Origin: Candidatus Omnitrophota bacterium | GTDB lineage: Bacteria; Omnitrophota; Omnitrophia; Omnitrophales; Aquincolibacteriaceae | NCBI GenBank assembly: GCA_022711115.1 | Contig: JAKLFP010000001.1 | Span: forward strand, 69,183 to 133,182 | Length of the DNA stretch: 64,000 bases | Direction: 5' to 3' | In this document: one piece after another, positions 39,956-49,165 of the stretch | Layout: the number at the start of each line of letters is the position of its first letter | How positions within the stretch are numbered: the first letter of the stretch is position 1 | Notes under the pieces: model-generated | The model's database searches: none | Told to the model about the DNA's origin: nothing | Seen by the model: the letters and a program-made list of their open reading frames with translations, nothing else | Translations under genes and position numbers: made by a program

Positions 39956-41309
39956 TTTGTGATTGAGAATCGGATTTGCCTGCTTTCGTCAGACATTGAG
40001 AGAGATTCATAGCACAAAACCCTTCGCCGCACATGGAGCAGAATTCTCCGTGGCGCGCATCGCCGTCGGGCAACGCTTCATCATGCATTTTCTTCGCATT
40101 TGCAGGATCAAGAGATAACGCAAACTGTTTTTCCCAATCAAAATCAAACCGTGCTCTTGCAAGCGCATCGTCCCGCTCTCTGACTCCTGGCCGGTGGCGT
40201 GCGACATCCGCGGCATGAGCCGCGATTTTGTAAGCAATCACGCCTTGTTTGACGTCCTCAAGATTCGGAAGACGCAAATGTTCGCAAGGCGTCACATAGC
40301 AAAGCATCGCGGCTCCGTGCTGCCCGGCGATGGCCGCACCGATAGCAGACGTAATGTGATCATAACCCGGCGCGATATCAGTCACAAGCGGTCCGAGCAC
40401 ATAAAAAGGCGCTCCGTGACAAACTTTGATCTGTCGCTCGATGTTCATGGGAATTTGATCCATCGGCACATGCCCCGGTCCTTCGACCATCACTTGCACA
40501 TCCTGTTCCCAGGCGCGGAGTGTCAGCTTCCCAAGCGCATCCAGTTCCGCAAATTGCGCCTGATCGCTCGCATCCGCCAGGCATCCCGGACGCATGCCAT
40601 CGCCGAGACTGATTGTAATGTCGTATTTTTTACAAATTTCGAGAAGCCGGTCAAATTGCGTGTAAAGAAAATTCTGTTGTTGATGTTCCCGGCACCACCG
40701 CGCCAGAATTGCCCCTCCGCGGCTTACAATCCCTGTCACACGTTTTTCCACTAGCGGCAAATGTTCCAAAAGCACGCCGGCATGAATCGTCATGAAATCC
40801 ACGCCCTGCCTGGCCTGGTGTTCGATCACATCGAACATGATGTCAGGCGTCAGTGCCTCCGGTTTTCCGTTGACCCTGCTCAGCGCTTCATAAATCGGAA
40901 CGGTCCCGACCGGGACGCTGCTGGCACGAATGATCGCTTCGCGCGTTTCGTCCAGCGCAGAGCCTGTCGAAAGATCCATGAGGGTGTCCGCTCCGAACTG
41001 GATCGCGACTTTTACTTTTTCAAGCTCCGTGGCGATATCCGATCCCAACGCGGAATTCCCGAGATTTGCGTTGATCTTGCAACGCGCGTTGATCCCAATC
41101 CCAATAGGGCGAAAATCTTTGTGATAATGATTCGCGGGAATCACTAACTTGCCGGCTGCGACTTCTTCGCGGACGAATTCGGGCGCAAGATTTTCCACAC
41201 CCGCCACATAGTTCATTTCCCCGGTCACGATCCCTTGCCGGGCATAATGCATCTGCGAACGGTTGGAATCTTTTTCTCTTTTTAAAATCCATTCATCGCG
41301 AAAAGCCAT
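39936..41309 (-). CDS. thiC: Phosphomethylpyrimidine synthase
   Basis: ThiC radical-SAM fold with a C-terminal [11 protein letters not shown] cluster motif. Confidence 0.9.
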   Translation of the reverse strand: MAFRDEWILKREKDSNRSQMHYARQGIVTGEMNYVAGVENLAPEFVREEVAAGKLVIPANHYHKDFRPIGIGINARCKINANLGNSALGSDIATELEKVKVAIQFGADTLMDLSTGSALDETREAIIRASSVPVGTVPIYEALSRVNGKPEALTPDIMFDVIEHQARQGVDFMTIHAGVLLEHLPLVEKRVTGIVSRGGAILARWCREHQQQNFLYTQFDRLLEICKKYDITISLGDGMRPGCLADASDQAQFAELDALGKLTLRAWEQDVQVMVEGPGHVPMDQIPMNIERQIKVCHGAPFYVLGPLVTDIAPGYDHITSAIGAAIAGQHGAAMLCYVTPCEHLRLPNLEDVKQGVIAYKIAAHAADVARHRPGVRERDDALARARFDFDWEKQFALSLDPANAKKMHDEALPDGDARHGEFCSMCGEGFCAMNLSQCLTKAGKSDSQSQNKGSLD

Positions 41310-41345
41310 TTTTCTTTTCAGATCTCCACTTAATCAAAGATGCCA

Positions 41346-41373
41346 GTGACAGTCACTCTTGGTGACTATCACC
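41346..41373. repeat. Family-1 tandem palindrome module (AGTGACAGTCACT-TCTTG-GTGACTATCACC)
   Basis: Two copies of an 11-bp palindrome 5 nt apart that can fold into one 11-bp-stem hairpin. It lies 9 nt past the stop of the 41383-42414 gene and about 37 nt before the thiC ATG. Confidence 0.8.
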
Positions 41374-41382
41374 TTATCTTTT

Positions 41383-42414
41383 TTAAAAAGTTTGGGCCAC
41401 CATCGAACGACTTTGCGTCCACCACACATTCAATTCTTTAGGGAAATATCGCATTCCGATTTTTTTGAATTCCCTGAGCGTTGTCAACACCCGGTGCGGC
41501 CACTTCCCGATCCTGTCCTGCATACGTCTCGCCACCACTTCAAGCTCCGCAGCATTAGCAGCCCGGATCATGGTATAAAGAGAGTAAGGAAATTCCGGAT
41601 AAAGCGGCCGTCGGTCTCCATACAACACTTCTCTGAACTCATGGATCTCAGGCCCAATTCTCAGAAGTTTTTCTTCGGGAATCTGCCAAGCCACAAGAGT
41701 TTTTGTGGAAGACTCGGTCTCCGGTAACCGCAGAAAGCTTCCGATCCTTCGAAGAAATCCTTTATGCGTCAGGGTTTTGATGATTGTAATGATTTTTTCT
41801 ACCGGGAGATTCAATGCTTCGGCGATTGTTTCATACGGTTCATCGGTGATCAGAAAAGGCTCCTGCAACCAACGGATGACTTCGATCTCCTGAGCTGTCA
41901 GATCCGGTAACCGCGCTTCCTGGCGCTTTTCGTAGCGCTCCCCCATGGCCGCAAACAGCCCGGCATCCAGACTGTTTAAATAATCCGCGCCTTTATAAAC
42001 CTTCCGGACCGGGAGAAATAAAGTCCCTCTTGCCCCGGAAATTTTTTCCAAATATCGCACATGCAGTTCCAGGTCATGTTCTGCCGGTACCGCAAGAAAG
42101 AACCAAAAATTGAACTCGTGGTCCCTTTCACAAGCATAAACCACTCCCGGATGCTGAAGGATGATCTCGGTGTTCGGTGCAAGTTCCGACGGTCCAAACC
42201 GCATCGCAACCCAAACGCTCTGATAGTAAAACGCATGCGGGTCAAGCACTGGCTTGATACCGGCCAAAATACCTTCTTTGATAAGACGCTGAACACGCAC
42301 CAGCACCCCAGCCTGATCCACACCCACTTTCGCAGCCAAGGTCCCGAAAGGCTGACCGGTCAAGGGGATACCGTTGTGAAGATGCGTTAAAAGAAGACGG
42401 TCTTTTTCATCCAT
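41383..42414 (-). CDS. Fused double Lrp/AsnC-type protein resembling siroheme decarboxylase NirDL / AhbAB
   Basis: Two tandem Lrp/AsnC-like HTH+RAM halves with a NirD-like N-terminal motif (LLTHLHNGIPLTGQPFGTLAAKVGV...VLVRVQRL). Confidence 0.55.
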   Translation of the reverse strand: MDEKDRLLLTHLHNGIPLTGQPFGTLAAKVGVDQAGVLVRVQRLIKEGILAGIKPVLDPHAFYYQSVWVAMRFGPSELAPNTEIILQHPGVVYACERDHEFNFWFFLAVPAEHDLELHVRYLEKISGARGTLFLPVRKVYKGADYLNSLDAGLFAAMGERYEKRQEARLPDLTAQEIEVIRWLQEPFLITDEPYETIAEALNLPVEKIITIIKTLTHKGFLRRIGSFLRLPETESSTKTLVAWQIPEEKLLRIGPEIHEFREVLYGDRRPLYPEFPYSLYTMIRAANAAELEVVARRMQDRIGKWPHRVLTTLREFKKIGMRYFPKELNVWWTQSRSMVAQTF

Positions 42415-42463
42415 AGGATGACTCTTTAGCTCCCTTTCTCTTGCGAATAGAACTTGCAGATTG

Positions 42464-42620
42464 GGTAACAGTCACCCAAAGTGACTGTCACTACTCTTTC
42501 TAGGAAGGTGCACTGAAGTCATAATAGCTCAGAGGGCTGGGTTTGTCCATATAACCCCAGACCTACTACAGAAGAACAGAGTCGGTGACAGTCACCCACC
42601 ACCCAAAGTAACTGTTACTT
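42464..42620. repeat. 157-bp element bounded by two family-1 tandem-palindrome modules
   Basis: The modules at 42464-42492 and 42584-42620 flank a 91-bp core that contains an internal CTGGGTT...AACCCCAG hairpin. The element fills the rtcB / nirDL-like intergenic space. Confidence 0.75.
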
Positions 42621-42625
42621 GTCAG

Positions 42626-44080
42626 CTATCCTTTGATCACACCGATGGGGCGCATTCGGACAACTTTTTTGGCAAGGCCGGCACGCGAAACAACATCGAC
42701 GACTTGGTTAACATCTTTGTACGCTGCGGGCTGTTCTTCCGCGATCCCTTTTTCACCGCGGGCCATCACGATGATCCCTCGAGCCTCCAGTTCTTTCCGG
42801 ATCGAGCTTCCATGAGCCGCCTTTAATGCCGCGGTCCGGGACATCGCACGACCGGCACCATGGCAGCATGTGCCAAATGTCTCCTCCATAGCCTGCTGTG
42901 TCCCGACCAAGAGATAGGAATTCCGGCCCATATCGCCGGGAATGATAACAGGTTGTCCGGTGTCCTGATACTGTTCCGGCAATTCAGAATTCCCCGGAGC
43001 AAAAGCGCGTGTAGCGCCTTTCCGGTGAACACAAAGCACTTTTGTTTTTCCATTGATCGTAAACTGTTCGAATTTTGCGATGTTATGAGCCACATCATAA
43101 ATAAGATCCATGCCAAGATCCGTCGGACTGCGTTGAAAAAAATGTTCGAAGACTTGTTTGGTGAGCACCATTAGACACTGGCGGTTGGCCCACGCAAAAT
43201 TTGCCGCACAACGCATAGCCGCAAGGTATTGTTTCCCTTCCGGAGAATGGACAGGCGCACAGGCGAGTTGTATATCCGGAACCGTGATTTTGTATTTAGT
43301 GAGCGCGTGCCGCGTTGCATCGAGCGAATCTTCGCAGATCTGATAACCGAACCCGCGGGAACCTGAGTGGATCATGACGGTTACTTGTCCGGTTTCAAGA
43401 CCGAATTTTGAAGCCAGAGCCGCATCCAGGATTTGATCCACAACCTGAACTTCCAGAAAATGATTGCCGGAACCCAACGTCCCGAGTTGATCCATGCCCC
43501 GCTGATAAGCGCGTTCCGAAACTGCATCCGGATCCGCGCCATCAAGGCAACCCCCTGCTTCCGTGCAAGAAAGATCCTCCGCAGAGCCATAACCATGCCG
43601 GACAGCCCAACCGCTTCCTTCGCGGACCATTTGCCGTATTTCTTTTTTCCCAAGATTGATTTCACCCGATTGGCCGACCCCGCAAGGAATTTTTGAAAAA
43701 AGGGCTCCGACAAGTTCCCGAAGCCTTGGCCGGACATCGGCTTCTGTCAGATTGGTTCGCAAAAGCCGCACACCACAGTTGATGTCGTAACCCACGCCAC
43801 CTGGCGAAATCACGCCGCCTTGTTCCGGGTCGGTCGCGGCCACACCACCGATCGGAAAGCCATACCCCCAATGAATGTCCGGCATAGCCAGAGAATGCTT
43901 CACGATACCCGGCAAAAAAGCCACATTCGCCACCTGCTCCAAAGACTGATCCGTCCGGATCTTCGGCAAGCTTTTTTCATCCGCAAAGACAAGACCGGGC
44001 ACACGCATCCCTTTTTTATAGGAGACCGGGATCTCCCAGCGTTGATCATCGAGCTTGATCAAAGGAATTTGTCCGGACAT
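42626..44080 (-). CDS. rtcB: RNA-splicing ligase RtcB
   Basis: N-terminus IPLIKLDDQRWEIP...MRVPGLVFADE and metal-binding His/Cys motifs. The start at MSGQ matches the family N-terminus and sits 4 nt after the archease stop. Confidence 0.85.
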   Translation of the reverse strand: MSGQIPLIKLDDQRWEIPVSYKKGMRVPGLVFADEKSLPKIRTDQSLEQVANVAFLPGIVKHSLAMPDIHWGYGFPIGGVAATDPEQGGVISPGGVGYDINCGVRLLRTNLTEADVRPRLRELVGALFSKIPCGVGQSGEINLGKKEIRQMVREGSGWAVRHGYGSAEDLSCTEAGGCLDGADPDAVSERAYQRGMDQLGTLGSGNHFLEVQVVDQILDAALASKFGLETGQVTVMIHSGSRGFGYQICEDSLDATRHALTKYKITVPDIQLACAPVHSPEGKQYLAAMRCAANFAWANRQCLMVLTKQVFEHFFQRSPTDLGMDLIYDVAHNIAKFEQFTINGKTKVLCVHRKGATRAFAPGNSELPEQYQDTGQPVIIPGDMGRNSYLLVGTQQAMEETFGTCCHGAGRAMSRTAALKAAHGSSIRKELEARGIIVMARGEKGIAEEQPAAYKDVNQVVDVVSRAGLAKKVVRMRPIGVIKG

Positions 44081-44084
44081 AGGA

Positions 44085-44513
44085 TTAGATATCAAAAATG
44101 ACTTCGGCCAGCCATCCCGCCAAGTCTTGGACCACATGGAACTGATGAAAGGTCACGGCCTTGATCTCATGCCGCGACACATGCTGTTTGGGATCAAACC
44201 GAGCCGCCTTGGCTTTCAGTTTCAGCAGCATCGGCGTCAGACTGATAAAACGATATTCCAGAAAAACAGACTTACGTGTGGAAAAAACAAAAAGAAGTTC
44301 CTGCAGCCAGCGCATAAAAAGTTCCTCCACATTTTCTTCCTGAAAATTCATTTCAATTTCATGCAGCGGGGAAGGACGGGATTTTTGAATCGCGTCAAGG
44401 TCGGTCACAAGGTTGAAAAAACCTTCGGCCGCATCCTGAAAAAGCCGGTTCAGGTCTTTCGCCCGAATGCGCAACCCGATGTCCGCGGTATGTTCGAAGG
44501 TCTCATAAGGCAT
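44085..44513 (-). CDS. Archease (RtcB activator)
   Basis: MPYETFEHTADIGLRI N-terminus and a C-terminal EIKAVTFHQF...IFDI. Size is 142 aa. Confidence 0.8.
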   Translation of the reverse strand: MPYETFEHTADIGLRIRAKDLNRLFQDAAEGFFNLVTDLDAIQKSRPSPLHEIEMNFQEENVEELFMRWLQELLFVFSTRKSVFLEYRFISLTPMLLKLKAKAARFDPKQHVSRHEIKAVTFHQFHVVQDLAGWLAEVIFDI

Positions 44514-44540
44514 AGAAAACCGGGAGGTTCCTGGTTGATA

Positions 44541-44903
44541 TTATTTCAAATGGGTACGAACCGCCTGCAGTAACTTATCGATCTCAAAAGGTTTTCTGAG
44601 GATGCCGGCGACACCGCCCAATTCCTCGATGCGCTGCGGCATTTTTTCATTCACGCTTGCGATAATCACCGGAATCGAACGGCATGGTTCGCGCTCCCGC
44701 AAATGGACGTAAAATTCTTCACCATCCATCACCGGCATGATAAGGTCCAGAATAATAAGATCCGGGATTTCTTTATCCAAAATAGCCAGGCCTTCACTCC
44801 CGTTATAGGCCTTCTGGACTTCAAAAGACTCTCCTTGTAAATAAAGTGAATAAATATCCTGAAAGTCCTTGTCATCCTCCACAATCAATACTTTTTTTAC
44901 CAT
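44541..44903 (-). CDS. Single-domain response regulator (CheY-like receiver)
   Basis: VEDD, DLIILDLIMP and K receiver positions. 120 aa. Confidence 0.8.
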   Translation of the reverse strand: MVKKVLIVEDDKDFQDIYSLYLQGESFEVQKAYNGSEGLAILDKEIPDLIILDLIMPVMDGEEFYVHLREREPCRSIPVIIASVNEKMPQRIEELGGVAGILRKPFEIDKLLQAVRTHLK

Positions 44904-44973
44904 TTTTTCACCCCGTCAGAAATCGAAAGTGCCTTTAAATACTTTCGCAGTTTGATCATGTTTTATGAAATAG

Positions 44974-46875
44974 CTAAAAATGTTTTTCCTGATTTGGATG
45001 CACCGGAAAAATCATTTTAAAAACACTGCCTTTGCCTAGTCCGTCGCTTTCAGCCCAAATTTCTCCTTCATGCAAAGAAACAATTTCCCTGGTGATCGTG
45101 AGACCCACACCGATGCCGAGCGTGGAAGGAGTCTTCTGATAGAACGCCTCGAAGATCTTCTGAAGACTTTGCGGCTCAATGCCAATGCCGGTATCCGCCA
45201 CGTCGGCGCAAATATCCGCCCCGCGAAGCGACGAAGAGATTGTAATCTTGCCGTCCGACGTGAATTTGATAGCATTCGAAACCAAGTTGCCAAAAACCCG
45301 ATAGAGCATGTCCGGATCCCCGATCATTCTGAGCGGCATAGGGCTCAAGTGCGATTCGAGTTTCAGATGGTGCTGTTCGGCTAAAGGGCCCAAGTCTTTG
45401 ACCACCAAAGCGATCACGTCATTGAGATCAATCTCTTGTTTTTTAACATCCGACATGCCCGACTCGACTTTAGAGAGATCCATGATGCTCGATATGGTCC
45501 TCATCAAACGGTCCGCGTTTTCCCGGAGCATTTTAATGATGGGAAGAAGTTTTTCATGTTCCGGCATCGTCAAGATCTGCTTTTCCATCCATTGAAGCGT
45601 CATGATGAATTTTGCCGTCGGGGTTTTTAATTCATGCGCTACATCGCGGACTAGGGTTTCTTTCATCATTTCGACGCGCCGCAGGTCCGTAACATCACGC
45701 ATGACTCCCTGGATGAGGCGGAGGTTCCCTTCATAATCGACGACAGGAGAAAGATTGGTTTGATAGTAGACTTCCGTGTGATGCAAACGGTGATAATGTT
45801 TCGTGTTTAAATGCAAGATGGGTTTTTTGGAACTCATGATGGTTTCCAGGGCATCCTGGAATTTCTGAGCTTCTCCCTGGGCATGCATCGAAAAGAAAAG
45901 GGGCAATCCTTCGGCAAGAATTTCCTCGCGGGTATATCCTGAAAAACCGCGATTCAAGAGCACCAGATCTCCTTCCGGGGTGATCGAAAAAATAATATCG
46001 CTTACTTCATTGACAATGGAACGGTATTTTTCTTCGGATTCCTCCAGGGCATGAGTGCGAACCCGCAAATGATCAAAGCTCTGCACCAACCGGCTCACCA
46101 CTTTGTTAAACGCATCGCCGACCTCCTGGATCTCATCCATGGAATGAATGTCCGCGCGAGCCTCAAGATCCCCCGCCAGAATGTTCCGCGCTGTTTTTTG
46201 AAGGACAATTAAGGGCCTCATGACAAGCCAGGTAAGACCCGCCACGATGATCGTTAAAACAACGGAAAGAAGAAACGCAATAAGAAATTTCTCGAAAAAA
46301 AGCCGGCTGAGTTCCTGCTCGAATTCGATTTTGGAAAAGACGATAATCAACCGCCCGAGTTTTTTGCCTTTGCCCAAGATAGGGGCCACTACCGCATAAT
46401 TGTCGTCACTGACTTTTTCGACCCCAAAAAAATCTTGCTTGTTATAAGACCCCGGCAAAAAATCTCCGCCCGGCCGGCTGGTGCCAACCAAGTTCCCTTG
46501 GGTATCCTCCACGCGGACCTCTTCTACATCGGTCTGTATGGCCAAAAGAGCGATATTGGATTGAAGTGTTTTTTTATCTCCGGACTCCAGCGGGATCCTG
46601 AGCGTTTTTGAAAAAACTTCCGCGATGGTTTGAAGTCGTATTTCTTTGTACTTGACCATCATATCGCGAAAAACGTTAAAGGTCGTATAGAGGACAAAAA
46701 AGATGATGGCGCAGACAAGCACCAGCATCGGCAGGGCCAGTTTGTAACGGATTGAAAGACGGAAAAACGGCTTTCTGGAAAATTCCTTAAAGTGCCATGA
46801 AACCAGCGGCGCTGATTTCCCATGGCCCGAAAAATTCTTTTTTTTATTGTGCGGATCGTCTTTTGTTGGCTGCAT
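44974..46875 (-). CDS. Membrane sensor histidine kinase (periplasmic region, HAMP, PAS, HisKA, HATPase_c)
   Basis: Two TM segments, a HAMP linker, a PAS domain, the H-box VAHELKTP, and N/G1/G2 boxes (NLVSNAIKFT, DTGIGI, GIGVGL). Confidence 0.8.
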   Translation of the reverse strand: MQPTKDDPHNKKKNFSGHGKSAPLVSWHFKEFSRKPFFRLSIRYKLALPMLVLVCAIIFFVLYTTFNVFRDMMVKYKEIRLQTIAEVFSKTLRIPLESGDKKTLQSNIALLAIQTDVEEVRVEDTQGNLVGTSRPGGDFLPGSYNKQDFFGVEKVSDDNYAVVAPILGKGKKLGRLIIVFSKIEFEQELSRLFFEKFLIAFLLSVVLTIIVAGLTWLVMRPLIVLQKTARNILAGDLEARADIHSMDEIQEVGDAFNKVVSRLVQSFDHLRVRTHALEESEEKYRSIVNEVSDIIFSITPEGDLVLLNRGFSGYTREEILAEGLPLFFSMHAQGEAQKFQDALETIMSSKKPILHLNTKHYHRLHHTEVYYQTNLSPVVDYEGNLRLIQGVMRDVTDLRRVEMMKETLVRDVAHELKTPTAKFIMTLQWMEKQILTMPEHEKLLPIIKMLRENADRLMRTISSIMDLSKVESGMSDVKKQEIDLNDVIALVVKDLGPLAEQHHLKLESHLSPMPLRMIGDPDMLYRVFGNLVSNAIKFTSDGKITISSSLRGADICADVADTGIGIEPQSLQKIFEAFYQKTPSTLGIGVGLTITREIVSLHEGEIWAESDGLGKGSVFKMIFPVHPNQEKHF

Positions 46876-47021
46876 AGCTTCCTCAAATCGATACTACAAA
46901 GTCATTATTGACATGAACCTCATGGAAGTCAATCTTCAAAACCCGCTTGCTCGCTGGAACATGCTTCCTATTTTCCGAAAATTGCCGACATCCAAGATCC
47001 AGCTTCTGTTTTTTAAGAAAA

Positions 47022-47453
47022 TCAAGGCCTCGAAGAGGATCCGCTGAGATATTCCGCCCAATGGCAAATCAGATCCTCGAGAACTTCCACATCTCCCGGC
47101 AATAACGGATACTGCCGGATGTTTTGCTGAGATACCCACTTGAAATCTTTACAATCCAACGCAGCGGGTTCTCCTTTTTCCCATCTGCAAAAATAGAAAA
47201 AAAGCCGGATTTTTCTCTCCGGCGTCCCATGCTCCCTCTGTCCCCAAAATCTTTCGGGATGTATCCGGATTCCAAGTTCCTCAAAAACTTCCCGTTTTAA
47301 ACAATCTTCAATCGTTTCCCCTTCTTCGCGCTTGCCGCCGGGGAATTCCCAATACCCGCCAAAACTATCTTCAAGATGCCGCTGAGCAATAAGAATCTGC
47401 CCGTTTTTGTGAATCATGGCACAACCGACATCGATCGTTTCTCTAGGATTCAT
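47022..47453 (-). CDS. NUDIX hydrolase (MutT-like)
   Basis: Nudix box GGKREEGETIEDCLKREVFEELG. Confidence 0.75.
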   Translation of the reverse strand: MNPRETIDVGCAMIHKNGQILIAQRHLEDSFGGYWEFPGGKREEGETIEDCLKREVFEELGIRIHPERFWGQREHGTPERKIRLFFYFCRWEKGEPAALDCKDFKWVSQQNIRQYPLLPGDVEVLEDLICHWAEYLSGSSSRP

Positions 47454-47524
47454 TCGCTTAACATTCCTGTGACTGTCTGGATCACACGGGTCTGGCTTTT
47501 CTTAGAAAAAAAAAACCAAAATAA

Positions 47525-48997
47525 CTAAGGAAGAGGCTTTTGAAGAATAAAAAGACTGGCTGTTCTGTCTCGAAAAGCTTCCGCCCAATCTTGATTCGTT
47601 CGCAAAACAGCCGCCAAAAGGCTGTTCGACTTCAAGAGCACATAACGAACATCAAACTGTTTAAAAATAGAATACATTTCCGTCCAATTTTTTGATTGAA
47701 GATCGTAGATATTAGCCCACATACGGAAAAAAGCACCGCCATACATATCGACCCTGCCATCAATAAAGACCGGTATATCGTTCCAGATTAAAAAGCCTCC
47801 CCACCCATATTCATTATAACCATGGAGCTTTGTAATGCCTTTTTCCTTCATAAATTTGATGGCTTCGACCGGAAATTCTCCCCGAATGACTATTTCGTTA
47901 CTTAGAATCTGTTGAGAAGTCCGCTGACCGGTTACCGCAAGAACTGAAATCACAAGAACCGTATTCACGATTTGAACAATCCGGGAAGGCTTTGGCGATA
48001 ATATCTTTTCTTCGAGAAAAAGCCACCATTTGGAGTCCTGAAAACAATCCAGTAATGCTCGGGAAATAATGGGCACCGCCACAACAGCGAAAAAAGGGAT
48101 GTGACGGCGAGAGATCAGCCCGGCCGCCATCGTACCGGCATAAAGGAACATCTCCGTGATGTTCCGTTTCCGGTGGGTGGCCATAAAAGCAAACGCCCCC
48201 AAGACCATGACCGCTATAAACGGTTTGTAAAAAGGATGATGAAAATCCGGCGACAACCATTCCAAAATGCCCTGCTGCATCGCCTGGCTCCTGAGCGTCT
48301 CAAAAGGATAATGCCATATTTTAAATCCGCTCGGGTTCACAAGAGCCACCACGGGGGAAAGAAAACTGACAATCGTCAGATGCCAAAGATTTTTTTCCCC
48401 AAAAGTTCCTTCTTCGCTTTTTCTCAAGAAAATCTGCAACGCATCTCCTGCTAAAAAAGTAAAGAGAACCATGACGCCGATTAAATACCCGCTATGAAGA
48501 TTGACCCAAAGCATAATTAAAAAAGGAAATAAGTAGAACCATTGCCACGAAAGTTTTTTTTGACGGATGTTTTCTAAAAGCCACATAAAAACAGCCACCA
48601 TCAGAATATTCATGACCTGTGGGCGCGGTCCCCACATATACTTTGAGGTCCAGCATGCCAGTAAAGTAAGGGGGAAAGCGAGGAAAGGCCGCCCGGCACA
48701 AGTGAAATACACAAGATTAAAGATCAGAACACCAAGGAGAGCAAACGCAATGATCAATGCAGGAGGCCCTCCAAAGGCATGGATCGCCCATAGAAAAACC
48801 TCAGAAAGCCATTCGTGAGTAATCCAAGGTTTCCCGTACATGGTAAAAGAAAAGATATCCATTCTCGGGATCCCTTGCGTGACAATCACTTGCCCGGTCT
48901 TAAGATGCCACCAAAGGTCCGGATCGATGGTCCACCTCAAGGTCATCGAAAAAAGAACGGAACTGAGCACCAAAAAAACGGTTTTCCGGACGGTCAT
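47525..48997 (-). CDS. GT-C-fold-like polytopic membrane protein (possible glycosyltransferase of the PMT/ArnT/YfhO type)
   Basis: About 13 TM helices, an N-terminal loop with a DxD-like IDPDLWWH motif, and no soluble domain. Confidence 0.45.
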   Translation of the reverse strand: MTVRKTVFLVLSSVLFSMTLRWTIDPDLWWHLKTGQVIVTQGIPRMDIFSFTMYGKPWITHEWLSEVFLWAIHAFGGPPALIIAFALLGVLIFNLVYFTCAGRPFLAFPLTLLACWTSKYMWGPRPQVMNILMVAVFMWLLENIRQKKLSWQWFYLFPFLIMLWVNLHSGYLIGVMVLFTFLAGDALQIFLRKSEEGTFGEKNLWHLTIVSFLSPVVALVNPSGFKIWHYPFETLRSQAMQQGILEWLSPDFHHPFYKPFIAVMVLGAFAFMATHRKRNITEMFLYAGTMAAGLISRRHIPFFAVVAVPIISRALLDCFQDSKWWLFLEEKILSPKPSRIVQIVNTVLVISVLAVTGQRTSQQILSNEIVIRGEFPVEAIKFMKEKGITKLHGYNEYGWGGFLIWNDIPVFIDGRVDMYGGAFFRMWANIYDLQSKNWTEMYSIFKQFDVRYVLLKSNSLLAAVLRTNQDWAEAFRDRTASLFILQKPLP

Positions 48998-49129
48998 GCC
49001 ATGGGTCCTCTTTCCTTGAAATATTCTATTTACACATCGTGCTTATTGTACTTGTCTGCCCTTGTTGAGGGAACTACTTTATCCGAAAAAACGGTCAATT
49101 GTAGATATCCGAACTTGTTTTTATCCTAT

Positions 49130-49157
49130 TTGACTTGGAAAGCATTCTCTTTATAAT
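49130..49157 (+). promoter_or_regulatory. Near-consensus sigma70 promoter (TTGACT, 16-nt spacer, TATAAT) 8 nt upstream of the nuoA ATG. The nuo transcript would have a 1-3 nt leader or none.
   Basis: TTGACT at 49130-49135, TATAAT at 49152-49157, nuoA ATG at 49166, and no Shine-Dalgarno sequence. Confidence 0.45.
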
Positions 49158-49165
49158 GACAGTCT

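Noticed and set aside
41310-41382. A TPP riboswitch, expected upstream of thiC.
   Set aside because: The leader is only 73 nt and no conserved aptamer elements are present on the coding strand.
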